The notes under the pieces: model-generated
Database searches by the model: none
Told to the model about the DNA's origin: nothing
The model's input: only the letters and a program-made list of their open reading frames with translations
Translations under genes and position numbers: made by a program
Assembly: GCA_001643675.2 (NCBI GenBank)
Contig: LSRY02000012.1
Coordinates: 1,302,001 to 1,366,000 of the forward strand
Direction of reading: 5' to 3'
From: Monocercomonoides exilis PA203
Taxonomy: Eukaryota; Protista; Preaxostyla
Length of the DNA: 64,000 nt
Part shown: in pieces, positions 1-11,628 of the stretch
Numbering within the stretch: the first letter of the stretch is position 1
Layout: each line of letters opens with the position of its first letter

Positions 1-39
1 TATTTACTTAAAAACCGCTTTGGGGGGGGAAAAAAATAG

Positions 40-1356
40 GGTACATTTCCTTCAGATTCGATTTTAAACATAGAACTTACTGCTTTTCGCCAAAGGTCAT
101 CTCCGGCTGCTGCTTTGAAAACACCAGAAGTAGTCGAAAGGAAAATTGATTCGTTTTCTGAAGACAAACCTTCAATATCTCTCCCCATGATCCGTGAAGC
201 AGCAACGAAGCCTAAACTTGATGATAAAAGCGTAGAAAGTCATAATGTTGACCAAAAAAAACTTCCATTGACTTCTCAATCTCCTGAAAAAGAAAAATCA
301 ACACAAAATATTGAAAATCCATTTTTAAACATGATACTTGGAAGCTCTAGCGGGTCTTCGCGCAGCAAACCTGTTTTGCAATCAACTTCAACATTTCAAG
401 CATCTTCTACTCAATTTTCTCCCACGTCTCGATCATCTCATCCACTTCGTCAATCATCTTCACAGCAACTTGTTGAACAAACTTCCACAAGTTTATTAGA
501 ATCTGCATTTCAAAATATTACAAAGAAAAAAATGCTTGCAGACAAAGATAAGGAACAAGATGAGCAAAAAAAGAAGCATGTCACATTTAAGTTAACCAAA
601 GAAAATGAATCGATTATAGATGCACGAATCAAGCCTCAGAGCACAACTTCAACGAAAAAGGCATCCATTCAAGATGAAAGAAGCGTTAAGAGTAAGTTTC
701 TGGAAAGCCTTGGGAGAATGGAAGAAGATAAGGATAATCAAGATTTCATTCCAAAAAAAAAAACACGAGAGGAAATGGAAAACTCTTCGTTTATTAAGCA
801 AGCAGATCAGCCTCAAGAAAAGATTTTACCAAAAGACAGAAAAAGGCCTATGATAAAAGACAAAGAGGAACCTCAGCCATCTCAAACAAGAAAAAAATCA
901 GAAGAACCAGAAAAACAGCCGAAAAATGCAAAGGATGTTGAATCAAAACCGCAAAATCCTTCTTCAAAACATTCTTCGACGAGGGAATTTTTCCCTGTGT
1001 TGTGCAAAGGAGAAAATTATGTTGCAGGAAAAGTAGTTCTTTCTTGTCACAGTTTTCGCAACTCATTTCGCAATGGAAAGTCGCACTTGGTATGACTTGA
1101 TTCTGTTCATAATGTTTTTTACAATCTTTTTTGTTTTGTTTTATATTTTAATTCTTTTCTTCTTTTTAAAAACCAGATTTTTTTCATTGCTCAAGGTTCG
1201 CCTCACATCACAATTGGACCAGCTTCGAATCCATCCATCAAACCTCAGCTGCATTCCATGCTTGTTGTACCTCCATACGAACAATTTGTGCTTGAAAATT
1301 ACTCTGATAATGAAGTTTGCGTGCTCTCATATGTCAGAGTTAAACCTTCTGCATGA
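40..1356 (+). CDS. 3' part of a gene: low-complexity S/K/E/Q region plus C-terminal cupin resembling CENP-C/Mif2 (5' end outside the window)
   Basis: Exon 40-1089 follows an AG acceptor. Phase-0 intron 1090-1176 (gtatga...ccag). Last exon 1177-1356. The spliced C-terminus AGKVVLS...LIFFIAQG.PHITIG...MLVVPPYEQFVLEN...VLSYVRVK matches the CENP-C cupin pattern. Confidence 0.6.
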
Positions 1357-1924
1357 TGCAGATCACTTCACATTCAATTAGCTTTTTTCATCATCTCATT
1401 TCTCTATTTTATAGCTCTCAATTAATCATTTCATTTGCATTCATTTTCACTGCATATTGATTTACTATTTTTTATTAAGATTTCTGTATAACATTGAAGC
1501 TTAACACATAAATTTCTTTACGTTTCAATGCATTTTGTGTTTTGTACATTGAGAACAGCTATTGATTGAACTGGCTAATAATTACTGTGTTGCAAAAATT
1601 AATTGAAAGCAAGTCATATCTGAAAGAAATATGAGCTGAATGATGAGAAAAATGATTCAAAAAAAGAACATTTCTCCAAAGATTTATTATTAATTAAAGA
1701 AGTATTATTTTGAAATAATATGAAGCTATATATCTTCCTTTCATTGTAATTTATATTTTAATATTTTTTCTTTTTAAAAGATCATACCATCATACATAAA
1801 ATGAATGTGCAAAAACTTGGGAAACTTGATCTAAAGAAAGAGAAAAGTTGATGTTTGATTTAAATTGGATATCCTTGTTAATAAAGCTTTCAACATTCAT
1901 TATCAATTTTTATTTTATTAGTAT

Positions 1925-2746
1925 ATGGACAGACAAAGATCGTCCGATCAACGCCGTGGTGGATTTGGAAGAGGTGGTGAAGGAAGAAGAAGCGATGGTG
2001 GAAGAGGAAGAGGCCGTGGACGTGGACGTGGAAGAGGTGGAGCTGGAAGAGGAAGAAAACCAGAAGAACAAGCATGGGTTCCAGTTACAAAGCTTGGACG
2101 TCTTGTTAAAGCGAAAAAGATTCGCGATTTGCATGATATCTATCTTCATGCTCTTCCAATCAAAGAAGCCGATATCATTGACCAATATATTCCAAAAGAA
2201 TCACTGAAAGAGGAAGTGATGAAAGTGCAAGCTGTCCAGAAGCAAACCAATGCAGGACAAAGAACTCGTTTCAAGGCTATTGTGATGGTCGGAGATCAAC
2301 ACGGACACGTTGGTCTTGGAGTGAAAGTTTCAAAGGAAGTTGCAGGTGCTATTCGTGGTGCCATGACTGCAGCAAAATTGGCCATGATTCCAGTTCGTCT
2401 TGGATACTGGGGTAACAATATTGGTCAGCCACATACAGTCGCAATGAAAGTTACTGGAAAATGCGGTTCAGTCCAGGTGCGTCTTGTTCCTGCTCCAAGG
2501 GGAACTGGATTGGTTGCTGCTCCAGTGTCAAAGAAGCTTCTTGCACTTTCTGGTGTTGAAGATGTTTTCACTTCTTCACACGGAAAAACAAACACAATGG
2601 GCAACTTCGTTAAAGCAACATTCTTTGCCTTGTGCAAGACATACAGATATCTCACACCATCTCTCTGGAAGAAGCTTCCATTCCCACAAACGCCATACCA
2701 AGAATATTCACAATGGCTTGCTCAAGAGGCAAAAGCAAAATATTAA
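1925..2746 (+). CDS. RPS2: 40S ribosomal protein S2 (uS5)
   Basis: RGG-rich N-terminus, [39 protein letters not shown]; intronless. Confidence 0.98.
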   Translation: MDRQRSSDQRRGGFGRGGEGRRSDGGRGRGRGRGRGRGGAGRGRKPEEQAWVPVTKLGRLVKAKKIRDLHDIYLHALPIKEADIIDQYIPKESLKEEVMKVQAVQKQTNAGQRTRFKAIVMVGDQHGHVGLGVKVSKEVAGAIRGAMTAAKLAMIPVRLGYWGNNIGQPHTVAMKVTGKCGSVQVRLVPAPRGTGLVAAPVSKKLLALSGVEDVFTSSHGKTNTMGNFVKATFFALCKTYRYLTPSLWKKLPFPQTPYQEYSQWLAQEAKAKY

Positions 2747-2887
2747 AAATTGTTTTTTCTCGATTTGAATTTTAATAATAATTCCAAATCTTAACACGAT
2801 ACTCTTGTTTGCTAGTTATTATTTTTAACTTTTAAAACAAAAAATGAAATGCATGTGAAATGGAGACTAAATGATCAATAACTGCTC

Positions 2888-3339
2888 TCAGTTGTTTACC
2901 GAGAAACGATACCCGCATTTCATGCACTCATAAAATACTGTTTGACCTTCATCAGCGCTTCGAAGCTGCATAGTTGTATAAAACATTTTTCCGTGGCCGC
3001 ATTTTGGACATGTTTCGTCAATCTTTGAAATATTATTTCATTGATCAAAATTATTAACACAAATGAAACAAAGCATACGACAGCTTTTTCATCTTTTCCT
3101 GTAACTTTTTCTTCAACTGGAACAGAAAACTTGATCACTTTTTGTGAAACTTTTCCTTTGTATGCTAAATTTTACCAATAAAAGCAGATATAAAATAATT
3201 ATAAACAAATTGCTATTTTTCAAAGAATAAAATCTGAATTATCCATACTGCTATATGGGCATTGCCATGAACATTTCCTGCATACAACTTTTAATGATTG
3301 GTATTCGAGTAAAGTTCCACAAACGTTGCAGAAATCCAT
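2888..3339 (-). CDS. RPA12: RNA polymerase I subunit RPA12 (two zinc ribbons), intron-containing
   Basis: N-terminal MDFCNVCGTLL...VCRKC; C-terminal CPKCGHGKMFYTTMQLRSADEGQTVFYECMKCGYRF. Confidence 0.9.
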
Positions 3340-3688
3340 TTCAAAAAAATATTATAACTAACAGATCAAATCATAATTTTAGAAACGTTTATCATATACG
3401 TATAACTTCAATTATTTCTCCATATATTTATTTCTTTTGGAAATTTACGTTTAAATATAAAAATATTTTTATTGTATTTCCGTTTTGAAAAAATAGAACT
3501 TTTTCTATATCAAAAACTGAGTTATTGTGTGAATGTTCATTGTAAAAAACATAACAACATAAATAAAGAGGTTGAAGTTTTGTGTGAGAGTTTGAACAAT
3601 ATATATTGTTTACAGAGAATTAAAGAAAAGTTTACTTTAACAGCTTAAAAGAAAGAATTAATTTTAAAAATTCTATGATATAACAGTT

Positions 3689-6600
3689 CTACTTTGGATT
3701 AAACACGGCAATCATGCGTCTAATCTTTGTATTCTTTTCAGCCACATCTTCTGCAATAGCTTTCATCCTCTCTTCCATAGGAGGAGATGAAGGAAGAGCC
3801 ATTGTAAATCTAAGTTCATTTCCGAGGAATTTATATAACGAATTCTTCCATTCTCCATCCATTCCATCTTTCTCAACATCAACAACACTATCAATCATCA
3901 ATGGATTTTCTCCGGATGCAATTCTTCTTGGATCATAACGATACAAAGGCCAATATCCGCTCTTAACAGCTAATCTTTGCTGTTCAAGAGAATTTGTAAG
4001 TCCTCCCTTCACATTATGAGCGATGCAAGGGCAGTATGCAATGAGAATTGATGGTCCATCGAATGATGCAGCTTCCATAACAGCTTTAATATATTGTGCT
4101 CTGTTTCCACCAATGCAAACGCTGGCAACATAGCAGCATCCAAGTTGCATTGCATACAATCCGAAGTCCTTCTTTCTTCCAAGTTTTCCTGCAGTTGCAA
4201 GCTTTGCCTGTGCAGTTCTTGGGGTAGCTTTGCTTGCTTGGCCACCTGTGTTTGAATAAACTTCGGTATCAAGGATAAGAACATTTACATCTTCACCAGA
4301 ATGCAAGAGATGATCAACTCCATGGAAGTCAATATCATATGCCCATCCATCTCCACCTGGCACCCACACATACTTCCTTGCAAGGAGATCGCGATTGTGG
4401 TAAACCAAGCGAAGAGGAGAACAATCCTTGTGAACTGGCGAAGCAGGATCTGATTCCAATTTTGGCACAAAGTCGGAAAGATCTTTCTTGATTTGAACTG
4501 CAATTTTATGTGATTCGCCATAATCATCCCAGCTTTCAAGTAATTTTTGCATTTCATTCTTAATATTTTCTGGAAGTTGAATTTCTGCATCGGCTGCAAT
4601 GGCTTTTTCAACATTTCCTTTCAAAATATTTCTTCTCTTTCTAACAGAAACAGACATTCCAAGAGCAAATTCGGCATTGTCTTCGAAAAGAGATGTTGCA
4701 TAAACAGGTCCGACACCATCAACATCTGTGGTATAAGGAGAAGTTGGAGTATATCCTCCCCAGATCATTGAGCATCCGACTGCATTTGATAAATACACCT
4801 CTCCACCCATCAATTGGGTGATGACTTTCATGTGTCCTGGTTGGTTGCAACCTGCACAAGCAGCATGGAATTCAAGAAGAGGCTGTTGGAATTGTGAATC
4901 CTTTGGATTCTTTCCGGTAAATGCACGGCGAATTCTTTCTTTGGGCAATGATTCACCAAATTCCCAATTAGCATCGTCTTCATCAACACCTTCTCCACCA
5001 AGGAATGGCCTCCAGGTCAAGCACTTCTTCGGGCATTCAGATACGCATAACCCGCATTGCAAGCAATCACGAGCAGATACTTGAATACGATAAAACCATT
5101 CTTTTGCTTCTCCTTCTTTTTCATCACCTTCAATAGGTTTAACTGTTCCCTTCAAAGGAACTCCAATGAATCCCTTTGGTGCCTTTTCTGATTCTTCTTT
5201 ATTAAATACAAATGGGCGAATCACAGAATGAGGGCACACGAATGCACAGGTATTGCATTGAATGCATTCCTGCTCGTTCCAATGTGGAACATGTGTAGCA
5301 ACACCACGTTTTTCTGTTCTTGCGGTACCTGCTTTGAAAATACCAGTGGCAACTGGTGTCATAGCAGAGACGGGTTGCTTTTGGGCTTCTTGTCTCAGAA
5401 TAGGTACAACAACTTCATCCATGAATGAGTCTCCGGTTTTCTTCGCAATATCTCCAACATGAACATTCTTCCATTCATCAACATTGTATTCATATGGTTT
5501 CAATGCAGATAAGGCCATGTCAATAGCATCAGTGTTTTGCTTGACGACAGCTTCACCTTTCTTTGAATACATTTTTCTAACTGAAGCCTTCAGCATTTCA
5601 ATGGCTTTGTCCACTGGAATAACTTTTGACAATGCAAAGAAGCATACAGACATGATCATGTTAATATGTCCACGAAGACCAAGTTTTTCTGCCAAGTCAA
5701 ATGCATTGATCAAATAAAACTTTGCATTTCTATTAGCGATTGTGCTTTTAGCATATGCTGGAATGCCTGCCTCAATTTCTTCTTTTGAGTTCCATGGGGC
5801 GTTCAAAACAAAAATACCTCCGTCTTTCAATGATTCAGTAACATTGAATTTGGTGAGGAATGAATGATGATGGCACGCAACGTAATCTCCATCATAGATT
5901 TCATATTCACTGAGAATTCTTTCTTTTCCAAATCGAAGATGATTGAATGTAAATCCACCTGTCTTCTTTGCATCGAACACGAAATAGCCCTGTGTGTACA
6001 TATCTGTTCCTTCTCCAATCATCTGAATAGCTGATTTGCACGATCCGACGGTTCCATCCGCTCCAAGACCAAAGAATTTTGCCTGAACCGTTCCTTCTGG
6101 TACTGTAGAAACAACAGGTCCAATTGGAAGTGAAGTGTGAGAAATATCATCTTCAATTCCAACACAGAATCTGCGCTTTGGTTTATCTTGCTTAAGATTG
6201 TTAAATACAGCAATCACGTGCATTGGATTGAATTCACATCCACCAACACCAAATTTGCCTCCAATAACATCCATGGTTGCCAAGCGGGCAGGATCAGTCT
6301 CGTGAATTGCAGCAAGCGTTTCGAGGAACATTGGCTCTCCTGCTGCTGTAACTTGCTTCACACGATCCAAAACGCACAATCGTTTGCAAGTCTTTGGAAT
6401 AGCTGCCAACATTGCTGCTGCTGGGAATGGACGGAAAAGACGAACCTTGATTACACCAACTTTACGGCCTGGTTTTCCAGCTTCAACTTGACGATTGATG
6501 TATGAAACAACTTCCATCACTGTGTTAGCTGCTGATCCCATAACAACAATGACGTCTTCTGCATCGGGTGCACCATAGTAATCAACAACGTGATATCTTC

Positions 6601-7378
6601 TTCCTGTTTTTTCAGCAAATTTCTCCATCATTGATTCAACTTCATCTGGAAGAGCTTTGAAGAAAGGTGCAGTTCTTTCGGAACAAAGCCACCATATATC
6701 ACCATTTTGACCGCATCCACGCATTGTTGGATGATCTGTGCTCATTGCTTGAGTTTCTCTCCATTGTTCAACTTCCTTAAAGGGGAAAAGCTCCTTTATT
6801 GCATTGTCCGGAATGGTCTGAATCTTTTGGATTTCATGTGAAGTTCTCAAACCATCAAAGAAATGAAGGAATGGAATGCGACATTTTGCAGCAACAAGGT
6901 GAGATATTGTTCCAAGATCAAGGCATTCTTGTTGATCGGCTGAGCACATAAATGAAAATCCAGTATCTCTGCAAGCAAAAACATCACTATAATCACAGTA
7001 AAGGCACATAGCATGATGCGCAACCAAACGAGAAGCAACATGAATAACACAAGGAACCATTTCGTAAGCAAGCTTATACATATTCGGAATCATCAACAAA
7101 AGACCTTGAGATGAAGTAAATGTAGCTGATAATGTTCCACTAACTCCGGCACCGTGCATCGCGCCTGCCACACCTCCTTCTGCTTGCATTTCACGAGCAA
7201 CAGGAACTTCACCAAAAATATTCTTTCTTCCTTCAGCAGCCCATTTTTCAACTAACTCTGCTGCTGCTGTAGCCGGAGTGATTGGATATAAAAACGTCGT
7301 TTCGATGAATGGATAACTGGCATTTGCTGCTGCTTCGTCACCATCCATATTAGCATAAATTACCTTATTCTGAGACAT
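3689..7378 (-). CDS. PFOR: Pyruvate:ferredoxin oxidoreductase, 1229 aa, intronless
   Basis: YPITP, SQGLLLMIPNMYK, RTSHEIQKI, two CxxCxxCxxxCP ferredoxin motifs, ACAGC, GGDGWAYDI, EVYSNTGGQ. Confidence 0.98.
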   Translation of the reverse strand: MSQNKVIYANMDGDEAAANASYPFIETTFLYPITPATAAAELVEKWAAEGRKNIFGEVPVAREMQAEGGVAGAMHGAGVSGTLSATFTSSQGLLLMIPNMYKLAYEMVPCVIHVASRLVAHHAMCLYCDYSDVFACRDTGFSFMCSADQQECLDLGTISHLVAAKCRIPFLHFFDGLRTSHEIQKIQTIPDNAIKELFPFKEVEQWRETQAMSTDHPTMRGCGQNGDIWWLCSERTAPFFKALPDEVESMMEKFAEKTGRRYHVVDYYGAPDAEDVIVVMGSAANTVMEVVSYINRQVEAGKPGRKVGVIKVRLFRPFPAAAMLAAIPKTCKRLCVLDRVKQVTAAGEPMFLETLAAIHETDPARLATMDVIGGKFGVGGCEFNPMHVIAVFNNLKQDKPKRRFCVGIEDDISHTSLPIGPVVSTVPEGTVQAKFFGLGADGTVGSCKSAIQMIGEGTDMYTQGYFVFDAKKTGGFTFNHLRFGKERILSEYEIYDGDYVACHHHSFLTKFNVTESLKDGGIFVLNAPWNSKEEIEAGIPAYAKSTIANRNAKFYLINAFDLAEKLGLRGHINMIMSVCFFALSKVIPVDKAIEMLKASVRKMYSKKGEAVVKQNTDAIDMALSALKPYEYNVDEWKNVHVGDIAKKTGDSFMDEVVVPILRQEAQKQPVSAMTPVATGIFKAGTARTEKRGVATHVPHWNEQECIQCNTCAFVCPHSVIRPFVFNKEESEKAPKGFIGVPLKGTVKPIEGDEKEGEAKEWFYRIQVSARDCLQCGLCVSECPKKCLTWRPFLGGEGVDEDDANWEFGESLPKERIRRAFTGKNPKDSQFQQPLLEFHAACAGCNQPGHMKVITQLMGGEVYLSNAVGCSMIWGGYTPTSPYTTDVDGVGPVYATSLFEDNAEFALGMSVSVRKRRNILKGNVEKAIAADAEIQLPENIKNEMQKLLESWDDYGESHKIAVQIKKDLSDFVPKLESDPASPVHKDCSPLRLVYHNRDLLARKYVWVPGGDGWAYDIDFHGVDHLLHSGEDVNVLILDTEVYSNTGGQASKATPRTAQAKLATAGKLGRKKDFGLYAMQLGCCYVASVCIGGNRAQYIKAVMEAASFDGPSILIAYCPCIAHNVKGGLTNSLEQQRLAVKSGYWPLYRYDPRRIASGENPLMIDSVVDVEKDGMDGEWKNSLYKFLGNELRFTMALPSSPPMEERMKAIAEDVAEKNTKIRRMIAVFNPK

Positions 7379-7587
7379 TTCTTCTAGATTAAAAGATCAA
7401 TCAAAACCTTATTTAAGACTTTGGAAAACGTTTTTTACGTTTTTGGAATTGAAAAGTTTTGTTGACATTTTAATAACTTGCACTCTACGTTTATGCATAT
7501 ATGAGCGTTGTTAAATGCAATTCATAAACATAAAGAGCAATGACTCTATAAAGGGTTTCGAGGATTGGAGAAGCATCTTCTATTCTA

Positions 7588-10500
7588 ATGGCGGCAGAAG
7601 TGATAAAGAAACCAATTTTTGAGGACATCGCATCGACTGATTTTCTGAAGTTTTCGTTTGGTGCAAAGCCCTATGAGGCAGCATTAAAGACAGAGATAGC
7701 GAAAACAGAAACACTTTGCGGTGTTCGAGCATTTGTTGTGGAGCACGAGGTATGAAAGCAATCTTTTGTTGATATGTAACATTTTTGCTTGCTTGTGCGA
7801 ATGCTTGTGCGTTAGGGTCTGAAATATGTGCGGGCAGACATGGATTTCAAAGTGTTTGGAGGCTCGCTGGGGTGCGCAGAAGGAGAAAAGCTGACACTTG
7901 CATTTGAGTATGCAACAGCAAACAAGCTTGGGATTGTGATTTCGACAAGATCAGGAGGTGTCCGGATGCAAGAAGGAACAGTTGCGCTGATGATGATGGC
8001 GAAAGTCTCAGTTGCAGCTGCTGCACACAAAAAGGCAGGACTCCCATTCATCACCGTCTTTGAAGACCCCACATACGGTGGTGTGAGCGCATCGTATGCA
8101 ATGCAGGCAGACGTGCGAATCGGTATCAAGGGAACAAGAATTGGGTTTGCTGGGCCAGGCGTTATTCTGAACACAATGTACAACCAAAAGCAAAATCAAT
8201 ACGACAAAGCGTGCCCACCTGCATTCCAGTCAGCGCAGTTTTTGTACGAGCACGGACAGCTCGACCTTCTTGTGGACTCGGAGGAAGAAGCCATCAAGCT
8301 TGCTGAGCAAATATTCAGCTTGCTTGTTTTCCCGAACAAGGAGGTGAAGCCAAAGGAGCTGCCGGCGCTGAGCGAAGAGGAGCAGTTTACGACAAAAAGG
8401 GTTATTGAGCAGAAGGACCACAACCGCGGGAGGATGCTTGACCGTGTGCAAGCACAAGACATTTGCTTCAATGTGCTGGAGGATTATGTGGAGCTGAACG
8501 GAGATGGCAAAATAGGGACTGATTCATGCATCCACGGTGGACTTGCACGTCTTCCAGTGTGCTGCGAGTGCTGCTGCAAGAAAGACGAGGAAGAAAAAGG
8601 TGAGAAGGGAGAGAAGAAGAAATGCCACTGTGGCAGAACCGTTGTTGTGATAGGGACGTTCAAGGCACACACGCAAGGAGAGTTTGCGTCGATGGGGTAT
8701 GGGATGGCCACGCCGCACGGCTACCGAACAGCGCGGCGGCTGTTTGACCTGGCGGAGGAGTTTGGGCTGCCGTGTGTGACGCTGGTGGACACAGTGGGGG
8801 CAGAGCCGTCGTTCTCAGCAGAGACAGACGGGCAGAGCGAGGCGATTGCGTCGAATCTGCAGCGGATGTCGTCGCTGAAGGTGCCTCTGCTGACGTGTGT
8901 GCTGGGCGAAGGCGGGAGCGGCGGGGCGCTTGGGCTGGGGATGGGGAACAGCGTGGCGATGTGCTCGTCTGCGTGGTACGGGGCGATCTCGCCTGAAGGG
9001 GCAGCGTCGATTCTGGGGCGGTACAAGGACGAGGCGCACAAAGCAGAGCAGTTCCCGAAGGATGTGGCGGAGCTGGCGAAGGTGCAGCAGATCTACGCAG
9101 ACCAGCTGCTGGAGAAAGGGGCGATCGACGGGATCATCTGGGAAGAGGAGGATCTGGGCAGGGCGAGAGAGACGTACGAGGAATATCCGCAGCTGAAGAA
9201 GCGTCTGGTGGCGTGGCTGTGGACAGAGCTGGAGAAGTACGACGGGATGAGCCAGAATGAGCTTGTGGAGCACCGCTACAATCGCTTCCGGAAGATGGGG
9301 CCGTTTCTGAAGATGGATCCGGCAGTGATTGCGCAGCTGAAGGAGGAAGAGGCAGGAAAGCCAGCGGCTGAGCGTCCTGCGCGCAAAGCATCGCCGGAAG
9401 CGCCGAAGTTTGTGAAGTATTTGTGCGACCTGATTATGAATGCGCCTCAGTCGCAGTTCAAGACAGGGCAGTCGGTGGCGTTCCAGAAGCTGCCTGCGCT
9501 GCCGTGCGAGAAGTCGACGGCGGCGCTGGCAGAATACAGCGAGACACTCACAGCAGAGCAGAAGGCGCTGACGAAGGAGAATGCGAAGGCGATTCTGGAT
9601 GCGAAGGGGCCGGGTGCAGTGAAGGAGTGGATTATGGCGCACCGGGAGAAGCGTGTGCTGATCACAGACACCACACTGAGAGATGCGCATCAGTCGCTGC
9701 TGGCCACGCGGATGCGGACAAGCGACATGGTGGGGGCAGCAGAGGAGATGAGCAAAGTGATGAACAACGCGTTCTCGCTGGAGATGTGGGGCGGGGCGAC
9801 GTTCGACGTGGCGCTGCGGTTTCTGAAGGAAGACCCGTGGGAAAGAGTGCGGGAGCTGCGGAAGCGGATTCCGAATCTGTGCTTCCAGGCGCTGCTGAGA
9901 GGGAGCAACGTGGTGGGCTACACGAACTACCCCGACAACGCGGTGGAGGAGTTCTGCCGGGTGGCAGCAGAGGCAGGGATCGATGTGTTCCGGATCTTCG
10001 ACTGCTTCAACGACGTGGAGAAGATGAAGTCGGCGACGCGTGCGGTGATCAAGGCGAACAAGATTGCAGAGGTGTGCATCTGCTACACGGGGGACTTCAA
10101 TGATCCGAAGGAGAAGGTGTACACGCTGGAGTACTATGCGTCGCTGGCGAAGTCGATTGAGGGGATCGGGGCACACATCCTGGGGATCAAAGACATGGCG
10201 GGGCTGCTGAAGCCGCAGAATGCGGAGGCGTTTATGAAGACGCTGCGGGGTGCGACGAGCCTGCCGGTGCACTTCCACACGCACAACACGTCGGGGAATG
10301 CGCTGGCGACGTGCCTGATGATGGCGCAGCACGGGTGCGAGATCATCGACCTGGCAGTGTCGTCGATGTCTGACCTGACGTCGCAGCCTTCGCTTAATGC
10401 GTTTCTGGCAGCGACAGAGCGGTCGCCACGGCCAGCGCTGATCCCGTTCCGAGCGGTTGAGCCGCTGGCGAGCTACTTCGGAGTGGTGCGGTCGTATTAC

Positions 10501-11628
10501 CGGCATCTGGAGAGCGGGCAGCTGGCGTCGACTGCGCGTGTGTATGAGCACGAGATCCCTGGGGGGCAGTACACGAACCTGCTGTCGCAGAGCAAGGCGC
10601 TGAACATCTGGGACAAGTGGGATCAAGCACTCGACATGTACAGAGACTGCAACAAGATGCTGGGGAACCTGATCAAAGTGACTCCGTCGTCGAAGTGTGT
10701 GGGAGACCTGGCGCTGTTCCTGCTGGGGAAGGGGCTGACGACGAAGGACGTGATGGAGGGGAAGATCGACATCACGTACCCGGAGTCGGTGAAGGGGCTG
10801 TTCAAGGGGAATCTGGGGTATCCGCACCACTGGAAGGAGCCGTACAAGCTGTCGCCGGAGTTCCTGGCGCTGAGAGAGCGAGTGCTGAAAGGAGAGAAGG
10901 TGCGCGGGGCAGAAGAGGCGCTGCCGCCGATCGACTTTGGGAAGCTGCGGGAGATGCTGCGGGAGCGGCTGAAGAGAGAGCCGACGGACAGGGACGTGAT
11001 CTCGCACATCATGTACCCGCCTGTGTTTGAGGGGTATCTGAAGTTTGTGGAGCAGTTCGGGACGATGGCGACGTTTGTGCCGACGCCGCTGTTCTTCTAC
11101 GGGATGGAGGTTGGGCAGCAGGCAGTCATCCGTCTGCCGGCAGAGAGAATCGACGAGGATCTGAAGGCTGCTCTTTCATTGGCACCTTCATCATCATCTG
11201 CTTCATCCTCATCCTCATCATCATCAACAGAGAGTGATGTGAAGAGTGGAGAGATGATTGAGCTGAATGTGGAGCTGAAGCGCATCTCGCCGATCGATGC
11301 AGACTCCACACGGAAGGTGATCATCAAAGTGAACGGGGTGGAGTTTGTGGTGAAGACAGAGGCGAAGTTGGAGGCAGCTGTCGTGGGGACAAAAGCAGAC
11401 TTGAAGGACAAGACACAGTTTGCAGCGCCAATGCCAGGGATTGTGAGCGAGGTGAAGGTGGCAGTTGGAGATGCGGTGAAGAAAGGGCAGGTGATTGGGA
11501 AGATCACAGCAATGAAGATGGACGTGATGCTGGAGGCGCCGTTTGACGGGAAAGTGATGGGTGTGTTTGTGAAGACTGGCAACAAAGTGCTCGTCAACAC
11601 TCTTCTTTTCAAAATTGTTTCCAATTAA
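7588..11628 (+). CDS. Single-polypeptide biotin-dependent transcarboxylase: AccD-like + AccA-like carboxyltransferases, pyruvate/oxaloacetate carboxyltransferase (HMGL-like + PYC_OADA) and biotinyl domain; no biotin carboxylase domain
   Basis: Exon 1 7588-7749, intron 7750-7815, exon 2 7816-11628. Motifs: SGGVRMQEG, PTYGGVSAS, GFAGP; LVDTVGA, GEGGSGGALG, ISPEGAASIL; DTTLRDAHQSLLATR, EMWGGATFD, IKDMAG, HTHNTSG, HEIPGGQYTNL, VTPSSK; AMKM biotin attachment site. Confidence 0.93.

Noticed and set aside
8815-11007. 730-aa antisense ORF inside the transcarboxylase gene
   Set aside because: Shadow of the extreme G/C-ending codon bias on the sense strand; R/L/H/P-rich with no domain motifs.
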